From the NCBI RefSeq assembly GCF_009914755.1, contig NC_060930.1: a stretch of 64,000 nucleotides of DNA, one strand, 5' to 3'. The notes beneath the pieces were generated by a model. It worked only from the letters and a program-made list of their open reading frames with translations. It had not been told where the DNA came from and did no database searches. This DNA comes from the human T2T-CHM13v2.0 reference genome, Homo sapiens. Made by a program: the position numbers and the translations under genes. Of the stretch, positions 29,141 to 43,537 are shown piece after piece; positions within the stretch are counted from its first letter, which is position 1; each line of letters starts with the position of its first letter.

Positions 29141-31654
29141 CCAACATGTTATTTAAATGCAATGTTCCTTTTGCCTGTTTTATGAGAGCCATGCAGAGTA
29201 AATGGTCATTTTTCAGACAAGTAGAATGATACTTCTGGAAAAGTTGAAGATAGTCATTAAAATTCAGGCTGAGGGAACAAGAATCTCATTTTGTCACTAG
29301 TCCTGGTCTGTTGTAATTACAGCAAAGATGGTGTGTCTGGTAACCTCTCTATTCAGAATTAAACAAGACACGCCAACCTGTGGCTGCATTGGGTCGAAAG
29401 CATTTCCTATTAACACCTGGGACTGCTGGGTCTAAATAGCAACAATCTCAAGGCAGTCATATTCACTACTCCTGGAGCCCCCATGGTGTACTGACGCTGG
29501 TGACCTGTATATTGGAGGGGGAGCCGCTCCACCACACGACTCTTCTCATGATCAAAGTACAGACACTCAGTTTCAACCACACCAGCCCAGCCAAGTTATT
29601 CCAGTAAGAAAAGACTCAACACAGCCTCAGATGGCAAGGTCAGCAATCTGACAGCGAGCTGCCGTGGGTAATTTGTCAACATCCACTTTCTTCTCTGTGC
29701 TCTGAAATCTACACAGCGCAGGGAAAAATGCAAAGTCAGGGTGCAGATATCAGGCTGAGTCTGAAAACCTGGTAACAGGGACAAGCAGAGGCTGCCCAGC
29801 ACATGGGAGGGAAGGGTGGAGCTGGACACTGGCCAGTGGGCTGGCCAGAGCCGGGATCTCAGAGCATCTCACACCAGTAAGTCAGCAGCCTCAGAGATGC
29901 AAATTGGGTGGGGCAGAGCTCACCGAGGTTCAGATTCGCAGGAGGACAGCAGGGGATTAGGAAGGTCCATTCTCAGTTCAGAGGGAGGAGTCCAGGGGTC
30001 TGACACCTGTGGCCAAACCAGGCGTGTCTCCACCTAGTCATGATTTACGAGTTATAGCCAAGTGCACGACCTCAGCATTTCCTGTGGGTCCCGCTAGTTG
30101 CTGCTGGATTAGAGGTTGTGTGTATATTCTAAAGTCTACTTGGAAAAAATGTACAGACACCAAGGAAAACCCTGGGTTAAAATGTTATCGGGAGGTTAAA
30201 GAGACCCAGGGCGGATATGAGGGAGGGACTGCTCCAGGTATGTGGGGACGGAGAACACTGCGGGGAACAAGTCCCACGCACACACTGAGTGCTGCATACC
30301 TCCTGCACCACAAGCGATACTCAACCAGAAGCCGCCAACATTCAGGGAAGAGAAGGAAAGCCGGCAGATACTATTCATCTGCTAGATTCACAGCAGATAA
30401 CAAGCATAACCAGTCAACCCACGGATGCTAATTAAAAAGATACTTAACTGATTTCCTGACCTGTCCCCCTCGAGCTCCAACTAGCACTGCAGAATGTTTC
30501 CAGTCATCGTCTGGGCTCTGTGGGTGCCATGGAGGCAGAGTACCCATCGCTTTATTTGCAGGCAGCAATTTCAATTGGATACCTTCAATTCTTTTTCTTG
30601 GTTTCTAGATTTCTGAGTCTTACCATCCAAAATAGTAAGAAAAAAATGCTTACTCCTCTACTGCGATCCTGTTTACGAGGTTTATTTTCTGAGAGAAAGG
30701 AATGACATTGTACTGGACAGAGGGCTGATCTCAGAGGGGGGCCGGCTCACCGGATGAGAGCAGTTGAGGATGCCACCATCCCCTGTGTCCCAGGGAGCCT
30801 GCTGCTTCTGTGTGTAGTGGGGACAGGAAATCCTTGCCTCCTTCACAGATATTGCCTCTCCAAAGGGAAGGAAGCCTTCCCCTTGGCTGAAAGAGAGGCA
30901 GTTGCCGTAAGCCTTAAGCCTCGGCAGAAGGAGGCTCCGCACTCTTCCGCGTCCCTGGCTTGGAGCGTGGGTTTGATGTTGGCGTGGGCTTGCTGCAGCC
31001 AGCTGATGTGCAGCAGCCTGACCTGCAGGCTCTGGGTGGGCCCCCGAGCCCTCTCCCAGCCCTCCCCAGAGCTGCCCTTCCCTCCCCACTTCCTCCCATC
31101 TGCTATACTAGGTGCACACTCACTGTAAAGGGAGATGCAGAACCTCAGTCTCCCGCTGCCTGTCCCTCTGGCCTGTGTCACGTATGTGCCTGTGGATGAA
31201 GGGCACCTTCTCTACACTGTAGCGCTCTGAGCCACCCTCCTCCACGTGCACACAGACCCAGGAAGGCCTCCTCTCAGGACCAGGGGTGCAGGCTGCGGCA
31301 CTAGGGATCTCTGTGCTGTGGAGGGTCTTGGGAAGCACCGGTCCTGGGTGCAGAGCAGTCTTGTCCCCCCCAGAGCTGTCATTCCAACTGCAGCTGCCAT
31401 AAGGGGGTGCCCAGGACCAGGCTGCACTGAGGTCTGGCTGCCCAGTCAGTCAACAAGGACCCTGGAGGAGAAATGACTGAGTCGCTGTCCCTGGGGGGCT
31501 CCTGGTGCCCTGTCGACAACTCTGCACAGCCCTACGGACTCCCAGCTGCAGAGCACCTGGCCCTGAGCCCATGGGGCCAGCTGCTATTTGATGGATGGAG
31601 GGTCCACATGGCTCAGGAGGCACAAAACAGGACAAAAGTTTGCAAACTCTAAAC

Positions 31655-31840
31655 CAAACTTGTCCAAAGCGCAGCCTGCAGGCGGCACGCAGCCCAGGTC
31701 AGCTTTGAATGTGGCCCAACACAAATTTGTAAACTTTCTAAAAATATTATTTCTTTTGTGATTTTTCTTTTTTTAGCTCATCAGCTATTGTTAGTGTATT
31801 TTATGTGTGGCCCAGAGAACCCAAAGATTGGGCAGCCCTG
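31655..31840 (+). mobile_element. MER30 hAT-Charlie non-autonomous DNA transposon
   Basis: caaacttgtccaa..gctttgaatgtggcccaacacaaatttgtaaactttct..tagctcatcagctattgttagtgt..aagattgggcagccctg. Confidence 0.85.
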
Positions 31841-32665
31841 CCAAACTAAGCTTGCCGTAAGACATGCCAAAGCATCCAAAATTTCCTTACCATTTGCTGT
31901 TAAAAATAGCTTTGATTTGTTATCCAGACCTACTGTGCCGTTCTAAAGAGTTACCATCAGATAAACATACATAAAGAGCCATGAACATTTTCTCCTCAGT
32001 GAAATTCTATGGAGCTGTTGCTATCTTCACAAAGCGTGTCAACAGCCCTGAAGAGAGCTGCATCGCTGGGGAAAGAGAGTTCGGGCAAGATTGTTGATTC
32101 TTCTTTCTGATCAAGAAAATTGTGTACTGGTACTCTTAGAGCCCTGGAGAGTCTGCAAACAGGAAATGCTGAGTTCCTCATCAAGACAATCTTTTATAGC
32201 CATCCATGTCAATAAATAGATTATTTTTAAAAAGGAAAGCAACATAATGCATTCAGGAAGTTATTTGTGGGAACAGGAAACCTCTTATTTGAAAGAGTTA
32301 TTGACTTTGATTGGGGACAGTAGTGCTTTGAACATGGCAGGTGGGCGCTGGGCAGAGGCTGCTGCCTGGCTGAGGGGGACACAGGCATGTTAGAGGCCTG
32401 TGGTGTCCGTTCTGATGGGGACCACGCTAAACCGTGGGACTGCTGCCCTGGGAGCAGGGAGAGGCAGCTCAGGGGTGGTCTGTCTGAGCAACAGCAGGAC
32501 ACGCAACCCAGCAGGCACCAAGGACAAGAGGTCGATATCTTTAGAGGGAGACCGGGTGAGGAAAGGGCTTGGGAATTAGGAAATACAAAATAGGAAATCA
32601 AGGAATGTGTTCAGAAGCTGTTTATGGAAATAAGAAAACTCTTACTTCAAAGATATGGGACATGA

Positions 32666-32997
<332 letters not shown>

Positions 32998-34062
32998 AAA
33001 AGACAATGTTTAAACTTCATATTTCTACGAAATATTCTGCCACCAACACAGACACATAAAGAGTGAGCTGCAGTGCACCAAACGAATCAGGTCCTGTGGT
33101 TCTCAGGTTCTTCTGTTCTCCTTGGGTTCCAGTGCCATGGCCAGGGCTTTCTGCATAGGGATCCTCTGCCCAGCTTGCCAGCAAGGGGAGGGCACTCACA
33201 CTGGGGACAGGGCCCAAGTCTTCTGCTTAAAAGAAAACAGGACGAAAGCCAAAGGGAAGAGGGTCTCTCCCACATATCATCTTCATGCCTGGGAGGAGGC
33301 CGGCCTCCCCTTCCCAGTGGGGAAGCCCCTGCAGTTCCAGCCCACCTACCCCTGCTCCTTCAGTCCCACTTTCTCTCCCTCTCCCCCAGCCCAACCTGCC
33401 ATCTCTCAGCCCTGGTCCTGCCCCAGTTTCCACGCTGTTAATCAGCTGCCTTTAAAGATGTTCGTGGCACAGTCGTACCTGCAAAGGTAACCAATCCCAC
33501 AAGAGCAGAGAGGCTGTGACACCCGGCAAGGCCCTGGAAAATCCCCTCCCCAGCCCCAGCACGACGTGCTCCTGAGATCAGCCCTGCTGGGTGGTCCCCT
33601 CCACAGCCATGGACAACATGCAGGCTCCTTCCTTCTCGGTGGGTTAAGACATAAGGAACTCACCAATAGGAAATATGAAGATCTAGTAAAGTTTCCTCTC
33701 ATTTCAATCCTATTTTGTGCCTGTTTCCAGTTCCACTCACTAGAATTCCTCAACACTGTCCCAATATTTGTTTTTGTGTTTTAGCACTCCTATTTTAAAT
33801 CGGGAGGAATGCTTTCACTTTTCCAGTTATTCCTTATTTGTTTCATCCTGTTTGTTTTTTGGCTATTGTGTCATATCTTCACAGTCTCTCTAGGTTTTTA
33901 AAGGTCTCTGTTCCCTGAGTTCTATATGCTGCTTCTGAGGTCACCATTTGTTTGCTTTTCTCTGGGCAGGTAAGGAAGCTGTCAATCGTCATAACAGAAA
34001 GTTGAGTGTAAACAGGCTTCGCCGTAAGGGATTCACTGGCTCGCCAATGAAAAGTCCTGGGA

Positions 34063-34363
34063 GGCCGGGTGCGGTGGCTCATACCTGTCATCCCAGCACT
34101 TTGGGAGGCCGAGGGGGGATGGATCACTTGAGGTCAGGCGTTGGAGACCAGCCTGGCCAACATGATGAAACCTTGTCTCTACCAAAAACACAAAAATTAG
34201 CTGGCCGTGGTGGCATACACCTGTAATCCCAGCTACTCAGGAGGCTGAGGCAGGAGAATCACTTGAAACCAGGAGGCGGAGGTTGCAGTGAACCAAGATC
34301 ATGCCACTGCACTCCAGCCTATGCAACAGACTTAAGACTCTGTCTCAAAAAAAAAAAAAAAAA
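34063..34363 (+). mobile_element. AluS-type SINE
   Basis: ggccgggtgcggtggctc..poly(A); TSD aaaagtcctggga / aaatgtcctggga. Confidence 0.95.
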
Positions 34364-35390
34364 TGTCCTGGGAGGTGCAGCCTGCACAACTGCCTTATCC
34401 ACTTCTCTTCTCCTGAAGGGCTGGCCCTGCCCCAGGCCGGTCTCCCCTAGAAAGCGTGGCCGGTTGATCTCCGGAAGCGCAAGTCCACCCTGTGATTCCA
34501 CGCCTCACCCTCTAGCGGCTCGGCTCCCTATTACACGGGAAGATTCCTCTTGATTTGAAGTCAGCCATGATCAGATCTCACCTAATCTCCATGTAGAACT
34601 TGTAACCAGGACCGTTCCAGGCACACACTTCAGACTGTCCCCTCCTGGAGGTGTCCCTGTGCTGAGCCCTCCCGTGAGGCCGGGCATCAGATAATAAGAC
34701 TTTTCCCCTTGAAACTCCACAGCCATCTGCTTCATGTTTCCACAGCACTTACCACACTCTGCTGCGAACACTGCTCCCAACGTCTACATATTCACGCTCA
34801 ACCAGATTTAAACTTCCTTCAATCTACATGTTTGTATGTATCCTACAATACCAAACACAATTTACTACACTTCAAAGAGGCTCATGATTATGAATTGAAT
34901 TTTTTCTCTTGTCCTTCTTGTTTTGACTGATTAGTTATTGGAGAAACTGGAACTGAGAAAGGATTTCTTTAATGGTCCAGCACATAGGAGTAGTGTGTCG
35001 TGATGTTCTCTTGAGAAAGCCTGGGCTTCTCTTCAACGGAGTTTTAGTTAACTTGGAGAAATCTTCTGTTTCCAGTATGCTCAATTCTACCAAATTTAGG
35101 TGAATTTATATATAGTTGTTTTGCGTATTTTGAAAATTTATAACCTTCAAGGGCTACCAGGTGTCTTCACAACAGAAAGCTTGAGGTAGTACTAGGATGG
35201 AAGGTCAGAGGTTGACACCTTCCAGAAAGACGGAACGGAAGGACATGGGCATCAAGCCAAGGTTAGGTTTTATACCTAAGAGGCAGAACCGCCTGATTCT
35301 GAGAAATAGAGATATAAAATAGTAGAAGATACTATACAATACAAATACCTTCTACTGTGTAGTTAAAAATAAGAAACGTGTTCATATCAG

Positions 35391-35658
35391 TTTTTTTTTT
35401 TTTTTTTGAGACAGGGTCTCACTTTGTCACCCAGGCTGAAGTGTAGTGGCATGATGTCGGCTCACTGCAACCTCCTCCTCCAGGCTCAAGCAACCCTCTT
35501 GCCTCAGCCTTCCGAGTAGCTGGGACTACAGGCATGCACCACCACTCCCAGCTAATTTTTGTATTTTTAGTAGAGACAAGGCCAGGCTGGTCTCAAATTC
35601 CTGGCCTCAAGTGATCTGCCTGCCTGGGCTTCCCAAAGTGCTGGGATTACAGGCATGT
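35391..35658 (-). mobile_element. Alu SINE with small internal deletion and 5' truncation
   Basis: Poly(T) then gagacagggtctcac..; tagagacaag|gccaggctgg lacks the usual tttcaccatgtt segment. Confidence 0.9.
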
Positions 35659-37200
35659 ATTTACCAACCTGAGTAGGTATTAATGCTATTCCATCTTTAT
35701 CCTTGAAAAGGGGAAGGAAGATATTTTTGGATTATTCTAAAATTAAAAGTAAATTATATGATGCCTAGGACTTGCCACAAAATAACCTGGAGCTGTGTGG
35801 GTAGGTGGAGAAGGAGAGGGAGTGGACACATAAATAAAACAAGACTGGCCTGGTCTGGTAATTTTGGAAATTATCTGAGACAGATCTGTGGGGATTTATT
35901 ACATTCTTTGCTTCCACATGTGCTTGCATTTTTTATGATAAAACTCATCTTTTTTAAAGCAGGGGTTTAACCTCTCAAGCAAATGAGTGTGACTGTCACT
36001 TTTAAAATGCTTCTGATATTAAAATCACTCCCAGAACAGCATAAAATAAGTCATTTTTAAAGCTGGTGTGGGATGTAGCTGTGATCCTGGGAAAATATAA
36101 AGCTGGTTTCCGGTATGGATCCACACCTGTGCTGTGTTCATACCAACAGCCCGGCTCAAGAACATATGCCAGCCGTCAAGTTGTGCAACCAGCACCAATT
36201 TCTCCTGCCAGCCAGAGCCTCCTTACCTTCCCACCTTATTTCCGGCCACTTCCCAGCACCCATTCTTACTCCAGGTGGGTCTAAATCCTCTCTGCTCCTC
36301 ACGAGGCTCTTCCACGCTTATCCTGGCTCAGAACATCTCTCATCCCCCTGACTGGGCCTCCACCCTCCACGGGGAACCAAATCATGGGAAAGCTGGATTC
36401 CACAAGCCGCCCTGCAAGCCCACTGACCGCAGAAGGTTGCCTTCTACAACAGCTTAGCTCAAAACCTTCTTTTCGCTAAATAAAGTTGTATTTTACTTCC
36501 ATGCAAAATAAACAAAAACTCAGTTTCCTGCCTTCAATCCTTCTCTCTTTTATTTCACAGAAGGAACTTTGGTTCTCTTAAATAAGGCTTCCACTCTGCA
36601 TGTCTTTCCCAACAGATAAGATCGTTTACGTCTACTTACAGTTCTCAATGTTTGCTGTTCTGCGTCACCCTCAGAGTTACAGATGACTGTGACTCACGCC
36701 TGGAGAAGCAGCAAGGTGGGGTGAGAAAGGCCAGGTGGTGACCTTTGTCCAACCATGGCTGGCAAGCGACAAAGAAAGGGGGCTCAAAACGTGGCCTCTG
36801 AAGTCTCGATCCCCCGCATTTCTGCTGCGCCTTGAGCCCCCTGTGCTTCATGGGGCTGGGCTCTCAACCGCAAAGCAGGTATTTTTTGACCACAGATGAA
36901 TTTCTAAAATTTGGCAAAAGGATTTAAAAACTCTAGAAATAGTGTGTATTTAGATATCTGTTCCCCAGATAAATTTGAGTATGACTTTTTTTGATCATGG
37001 TCATTAGTAGATAAAACCGTATTTGTTTACAAGTAATATTAATTCTATAGGATTTAGTTCACGTTACAAAACCTGGTTGACCAATTACCAGCACTAACAG
37101 AACTAAATAGTAAGTTTGGAGAAAGAAACTGTGAACAGAAAGGCTATTCAGTAGGAGATGTTGCTTTTTAAGTCACAACAAAAAAATAATAAATATTGTC

Positions 37201-37515
<315 letters not shown>

Positions 37516-37609
37516 AATATTGTCACTTATTTTTGCCAGTGCAAATCTAGAAAACATGAGATGAAGGATAATGTGTAGGACATAGCCAAAAAGAGCTTGA
37601 ACGTGAAAG

Positions 37610-38876
37610 TGAGAGGTAACAACGTGCTAGCAGCCCTGGCTCGCTCTCGGCACCTCCTCAACCTGGCGGCGCTCCTCGATCTGGCCGCGCTCGAGGAGCC
37701 CTTCAGCCCGCTGCTGTGCTGTGGGGGCCCATCTCTGGGGCTGGCCGAGGCCGGAGCCGGCTCTCTCTGCTGGTGGGGAGGTGTGGAGGGAGCGGCGCGG
37801 GCGGGAGCTGGGGTTGCGAGTGGTGCTCACTGGCCGGCGCGGGTTCCAGGTGAGCGCGGCTCGGCAAGCCCCGCACTCAGCGCGGTTGGCCAGCGCCTGC
37901 TGGGCTTGATGGGGGACGAGCTCCCTCTGGGCTGCAGGAGTACCTGGACTAGGTGCCGCAAAGTCCCTCGGCAGTGCCAGTGAGAGGTGAAGCCAGCTGG
38001 GCTTCTGGGATGGGTGGGGACTTGGAGAATTTTTCTGTCTAGCTAAAGGATTGTAAACCCACCAGTCAGCACTCTGTGTCTAGCTAAAGGTTTGTAAACG
38101 CACCAATCAGCACTCTGTGTCTAGCTAACGGTTTGTAAACGTGCCAATCAGCACTTGTTTAGCTAAAGGTATGTAAACGCACCAATCAGCACTCTGTGTC
38201 TAGCTAATCTGGTGGGGACTTGGAGAACTTTTGTGTCTAACTAAAGGATTGTAAACACACCAATCAGCACTCTGTGTCTAGCTAAAGGTTCGTAAACACA
38301 CCAATCAGCACTCTGTCAAAACTGACCAATCAGCTCTCTGTAAAACGGACCAATCAGCTCTGTAAAATGGACCAATCAGCTCTCTGTAAAATGGACCAAT
38401 CAGCAGGATGTGGGTGGGGCCAGAGAAGGGAATAAAAGCAGGCCGCCCCAGCCAGGAGACCTACCTGCTCTGGTCCCCTTCCACGTTGTGGAAGGTTTGT
38501 TTTTTTGCTCTTTGTAGTAAATCTTGCTGGTGCCCACTTTTTGGGTCTGTGCCGCTTTTGTGAACTGTAACATCTCCACGAAGGTTTGCAGCTTCACTCC
38601 TGAAGCCAGTGACAGCACGAGCCCGCCAGGAGGGACGAACAACTCTGGACGTGCCAACCTTATGAACTGTAACACTCACTGTGAAGGTTTGCAGCTTCAT
38701 TCCTAAAGTCAGCGAGACCATGAACCCACCAGAAGGAAAAAATTCTGGACATATCTGAACATCTGAAGGAACAAGCTCCAGACATACCATCTTTAAGAAC
38801 TGTAACACTCATCACTAGGGTCTGTGGCTTCATTCTTGAAGTCAGGGAGACCGAGAACCCACCAATTCTGGACACA
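37610..38876 (+). mobile_element. LTR12-family (ERV9) solo LTR, LTR12D-like, full length 1267 bp
   Basis: Starts tgagaggtaacaacgtgctagcagccc, ends cccaccaattctggacaca, 4-bp TSD AAAG (37606-37609 / 38877-38880); tandem ctagctaaagg..caccaatcagcactctg units. Confidence 0.95.
38030..38440 (+). promoter_or_regulatory. LTR12 U3 CCAAT-box (NF-Y) array, GT box and TATA-like element
   Basis: Nine ccaatcag motifs between ~38103 and ~38403, gggtggggc at ~38412 and aataaaagc at 38431. ERV9 LTR U3 promoter architecture is established. Confidence 0.65.
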
Positions 38877-41800
38877 AAAGGAGACTTGCTGAGGCCAGAG
38901 GCACAGTTCAAACTTCAGTCAGATGCAGAATCGGAAAAGTTTCAGCCTTGCTGCCCCTCTCCTCCCATTTTTGACTCTGGAAAGGCCTGTGAGGGACCTG
39001 TTTGGCGTATCGAGTGAGGACTGCTCTTTTTTAACAGCAGCCGCTTGTCTCTCCCATATCTTCTCACCCCTTCTGCTCTGAATCAGGCTTTGCTCCCTAG
39101 TGAAGCACAGAAAGCAGGGAAAATTGGAGAAGGTGGAAAGGGTGGAGAGGCAGCGCCAGAGCACAGATCTAGCCACAACGTGTCCACCCCATTGCGTTTA
39201 GAAAATGCAAGGAAGGATGTACCAAAACTGCAGGTTACAACACTGTATCTTAGAAATTTTCTGAGCTTAAGAAATAGATGCCATACCCCACGACAAAAAG
39301 AAGTGGGTTGCACAATGGACTTGTACCATTTCCTGATACAAATGATGCTTATTTCCCAAGAAAAATACGAGGCATAGCCAATGGCCTAGGATGCAAAATT
39401 ATAAACCAACTCATTGCTCCACTGGAAACCACGCCCTTCTTCTAGATTCCGTCTTGACATAAGGTCCAAGTTTCTTATCTGCACCCTCCACACGGCATCT
39501 CCTACCCCTAATTCCTCTCTGACACCTGCAGCCACGGCTGACCAGTGTGACCAGTGCTGATCGGTGGCCCCAGGAAGGCTGAGCTCTCTCCCTGCAAGTT
39601 GCACCAGGATTCTGTGCCCCGAAGGGAAAACTGTTCCTGGTGATTCCCGTGTCCCAGTTCCTTCCTTTTGTGATTCCAGCTCACAGGACCAGGCCTCTCC
39701 CTGGATCTCCCCCTGCCCGCCCCCCGCCCAAGATCTTGCTCTTGGTGGCCTGTCTCCCAGAGATGAAAAGTCCTGTCTTGACCCTTGTTTGACCCTTGTG
39801 GCCCAGGGCTGGGGCCTGACACCTGCAGCAGGTGCCTAGAATGTTAATGCCACCAACTTTTCCTGTCCTCTGCTGGGAATGCCTTGTCCACCAGCAGCTC
39901 CTGCCGAGATCCCTTGATCGGCTCCTTCTGTGAGTCTCGACACCACCCACCACCGCACTGTTCTCCCGCAGAGATGACAGACAGCTTAGGTTTAAGTCTT
40001 CTGATGCCCAGCAAGAATATACAAAGAAAACTGGCCTAACCAATGTATTAATAGTAAAATCTGGTTCATTCGTAAGTAGAGTTCTGAGGGTTTTGAGATG
40101 CTGCTGTTATGTTTAAGCTACAGGCAATTTACCCAAGGAATGTGATGTTGAAATATGTTTCAGAATAAACTTCCGCTTGAAAATTACAGGCAATAAAATG
40201 TACCAGCTTTCTCCTTTTCTTCTTCATTAATGAATTGAGGAACATAAAAGCTCAATTAAAAATAAAGACTCATGCGTCACTTAGTTGTTTTTAGTCCTTT
40301 CAATTTAATAAAACATTGGTATTGAGGTGTCGTAGGAAAATGGAAAGTCACTGCTCCGTGTCTGGCTCAGTATCCACGTTCGGCTTACATCATAAATCCA
40401 GAGCCATGGGGAGTGTCTTTTCCCTACTTCATCGGAGCCTAGAATGCCCACAGGTGGGGTCCGGTGTGGGCAGCACAGGGGAAGCATAGAGAGGGTGAGA
40501 CAGCCCTGGGGAAAGGCAGGGGCAGGGAGCAAGCTCCGAGGGCAGGGCCAACATGTCAGGTTTACTGCTGAACTCCAGGGTCTAGAACAGAGTGAGAGGG
40601 AGGAGGGACTCCATAATTAGCTGTCGAATAAGTGGAATCCCAAGAAGAAAACTGGGTGGGAGTGTGGAGATAAACACTAGCAACAACGACACAAAGAAAG
40701 CAAGGATTGCTTCATAGCCGGGACAAGCTCATTCATCGGAAACCATGAAATGGAACCTGTCTCCCCACACCCAGCAAAATAACAGCCCTACTGCCTGTCC
40801 TCAGAGTGCCCTATGACCACCACCTACCTCAGTAAAGAGACAACCCATGCATTTGACCACATCCTAAGCCCTTTTTCCCCTTCTCTGTTTCTTCTCAAAG
40901 GCCAGGTGATCATGTGGGTTCCAGCTTTATAACCACATTCCTTAGACCCAAACCAATGAGTTGAAGGCATGAATGAAGTAGGTAAGTGAAGGCATGAATG
41001 AAGAAATGCAACGAGAAACTAGGGGAAGGCCTACCAGCTGATGGACGTCAGATGGGTCTCGCCGCTTGCCCTCGGTGAAGCCCAGCCTGAGACCACAGCT
41101 GGCAGCTGTGCTTCTGTGGGAGAAGATCCAAGCGCTGCTCAGGGGTCACAACATGCAACATGACTCTTTCTACAGGGCAGGGGCAAGCCCTTAACCATGG
41201 AAACACATGCATTTCCACGACAACTCATACCTACGTGTGCCTCTGTGTTGGAGAGTATTGCATATTGCAGATGTCCAAAAGTGCACAAAGTTTTAACTTT
41301 ATCAATTACATGAAGTGATGCTCTCCTAACTCAGAGTTACATTTTGGCAAGAGCCAGAAATGTACCAATGTATTCCCAAGCAAGCAGTGAGTAAACAGGA
41401 AGCAAAGTGTTTGCTCCCCATGATCAATTATAATCTACAGACCACATTCCTTCCACTCTAGAGACCTAGAAATATGTTTTTAAAGTATCTCATTAGTTTA
41501 AATTATGATTTTAAATTACTTTATTAGTTACTTGTGTGGCCATTTAAATAAGTCAGATTTTACTGGGAATAAATCAATGATTCATCTAAGGACAATGTGT
41601 GACTCAAATATTTCCTTCCATTAATCAGTAAATGTTCCTTTTCCCAACGTGCTTCCCCGCCAAGGAAATCAATGTCTCTGGATAACTAGGTAGGCGCAAA
41701 TATGTCAGAGCACATCAGACTGAGAACACAGAAGGGAAACACATCTGGAGCTTTTCGCATCCAGGGCCTCACTCCACCGCTGATACGCTGGTAGCTGAAT

Positions 41801-42132
41801 CTCGTCCGACCACATGGTGGGTGAGGCTGGGACAGCCTGGAGAGACAGGAGAGAGCAGCTAGCGAGAGGTCCTTGGGGTGTTCGGCAGCTGTGGTCCCTA
41901 AGGTTCCAGCCCCCAGGCAGGCCTACAACAGCCACGGCACCTCCCCTTCCCTTCTCAGGACCCAGAGCTCACCAGGCAGCAGCAAGGGGCTACCGTGCAG
42001 GAGTTCATCTTGGACCCTATCCCAGACACGCTCTTGTAGGAACCCAAGATAACTGGAGGAGTCTATAAGGAGGTGTTGTCATCTAGATGTAGCTGGGGAC
42101 AGAGATCAGAAAACAGGGCCCAACCTCCCCAG

Positions 42133-42597
42133 TGAGGTAGGAGACGGGACTTGACTCTGGAGGCAGGGTTCAGATACTGGACCAAACTGAGACCCTGCTA
42201 ACACAGGGACGGAGGTCAGGGGATGTACCCATCAGTGTGCCATGTCTGTTTACTATTGCCATGGCAACCCCCAGGCATTACCGCCCCTTTTCATAGCAAT
42301 GACCCCACAACCCAAAAGTTACTGCCCTTTTCCTAGAAATTTCTGCATAAACTGCCCCTTAATCTACATGTAATTTAAAGTGCGTATAAATATGACTGCA
42401 GGCCTGCCCTGAGCTGCTACTTTCTGCCTAGCAGGTAACTCTGCTCTGCAGGAGCAGTCACAGAGCTGTAACACTGCTGCTTCAACACAGCTGTTTTCTT
42501 CCACCCTACCGTCTGCTTGCTCTTGAATTCTCTCCTGGGTGAAGCCAAGACCCTTTGAAGGCTAAGCCCCAATTTGAGGCTCACCTGTCCTGCATCA
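42133..42597 (+). mobile_element. MER66-like ERV1 solo LTR
   Basis: tgaggtaggag..ccatggcaac..ctagaaatttctgcataa..ctaagccccaatttgaggctcacctgtcctgcatca; TG..CA termini and 4-bp TSD CCAG (42129-42132 / 42598-42601). Confidence 0.88.
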
Positions 42598-43155
42598 CCA
42601 GGAAGACCAGAGACCAAAGGTGGGGTCTCACCGGGTGCAGTCATCCTCAAGCCTTCACCCTGCTCTCTGCCCTCCTCTGCTCTGCCCCAGAGGCCCCAGG
42701 AATCCGGCAGATGCCGTTGGATGTATCCACAGTGCAGCTCCATCCCCGAAAGCCTCACCTCCAGCCTACATCGCTTTTACCTCCCAACTTGAACATTTAT
42801 CACCCTTCCCCCTGAACAACTTGATTTGTTTTCTAAGAAAAATTCTGAACCTACTTTTTAATAATTAAATGCCCTTTCTCCTTCTTTCCAATTTATAATA
42901 AGAGAATGTCTTACAAATCTGAAAAGCAACAAGAAACATTGTGCCAGAGGAGGAGCTAAAAGAGCCTATCCTTACTTGAGAGAGCGTGGTACTGGGAGCC
43001 ACACTGCAGGGAGGCCCTTGCAGGAAGAGGGAGATGTCACTGCGGGATGGTAGCTCCAGAGCCCTGCAAGGGCCAACCGGCTTCCATGGAAGCACCCCAA
43101 CCTCGAAGTCCCCATCCAGTGGGCGGAGCTCAGCACTACAAGGAAGCTCAGACAT

Positions 43156-43537
43156 GACCCTGATGGAGTATGGGTGGGTGTGCAGGCTGCGGGGACAGAG
43201 GCCGAGGAAAGCTCAGGCAGGACCCTGATGGAGTGTGGGGTGTGTGTGCAGGCTGTGGGGACAGAGGCCGAGGAAAGCTCAGGCAGGACTCTGATGGAGT
43301 GTGGGGTGTGTGTGCAGGCTGGGAGCACAGAGGCCGAGGAAAGCTCAGGCAGGACCCTGATGGAGTGTGGAGTGTGTATGCAGGCTGGGAGGACAGAGGC
43401 CGAGGAAAGCTCAGGCAGGACCCTGATGGAGTGTGGGGTGTGTGTGCAGGCTGGAAGGACAGAGGCCGAGGAAAGCTCAGGCAGGACCCTGATGGAGTGT
43501 GGGGTGTGTGTGCAGGCTGGGAGGACAGAGGCTGAGA
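43156..43537. repeat. VNTR, ~5.8 copies of a 66-bp G-rich unit
   Basis: gaccctgatggagtgtggggtgtgtgtgcaggctgggaggacagaggccgaggaaagctcaggcag starting at 43156, 43221, 43287, 43353, 43419 and 43485. Confidence 0.97.
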
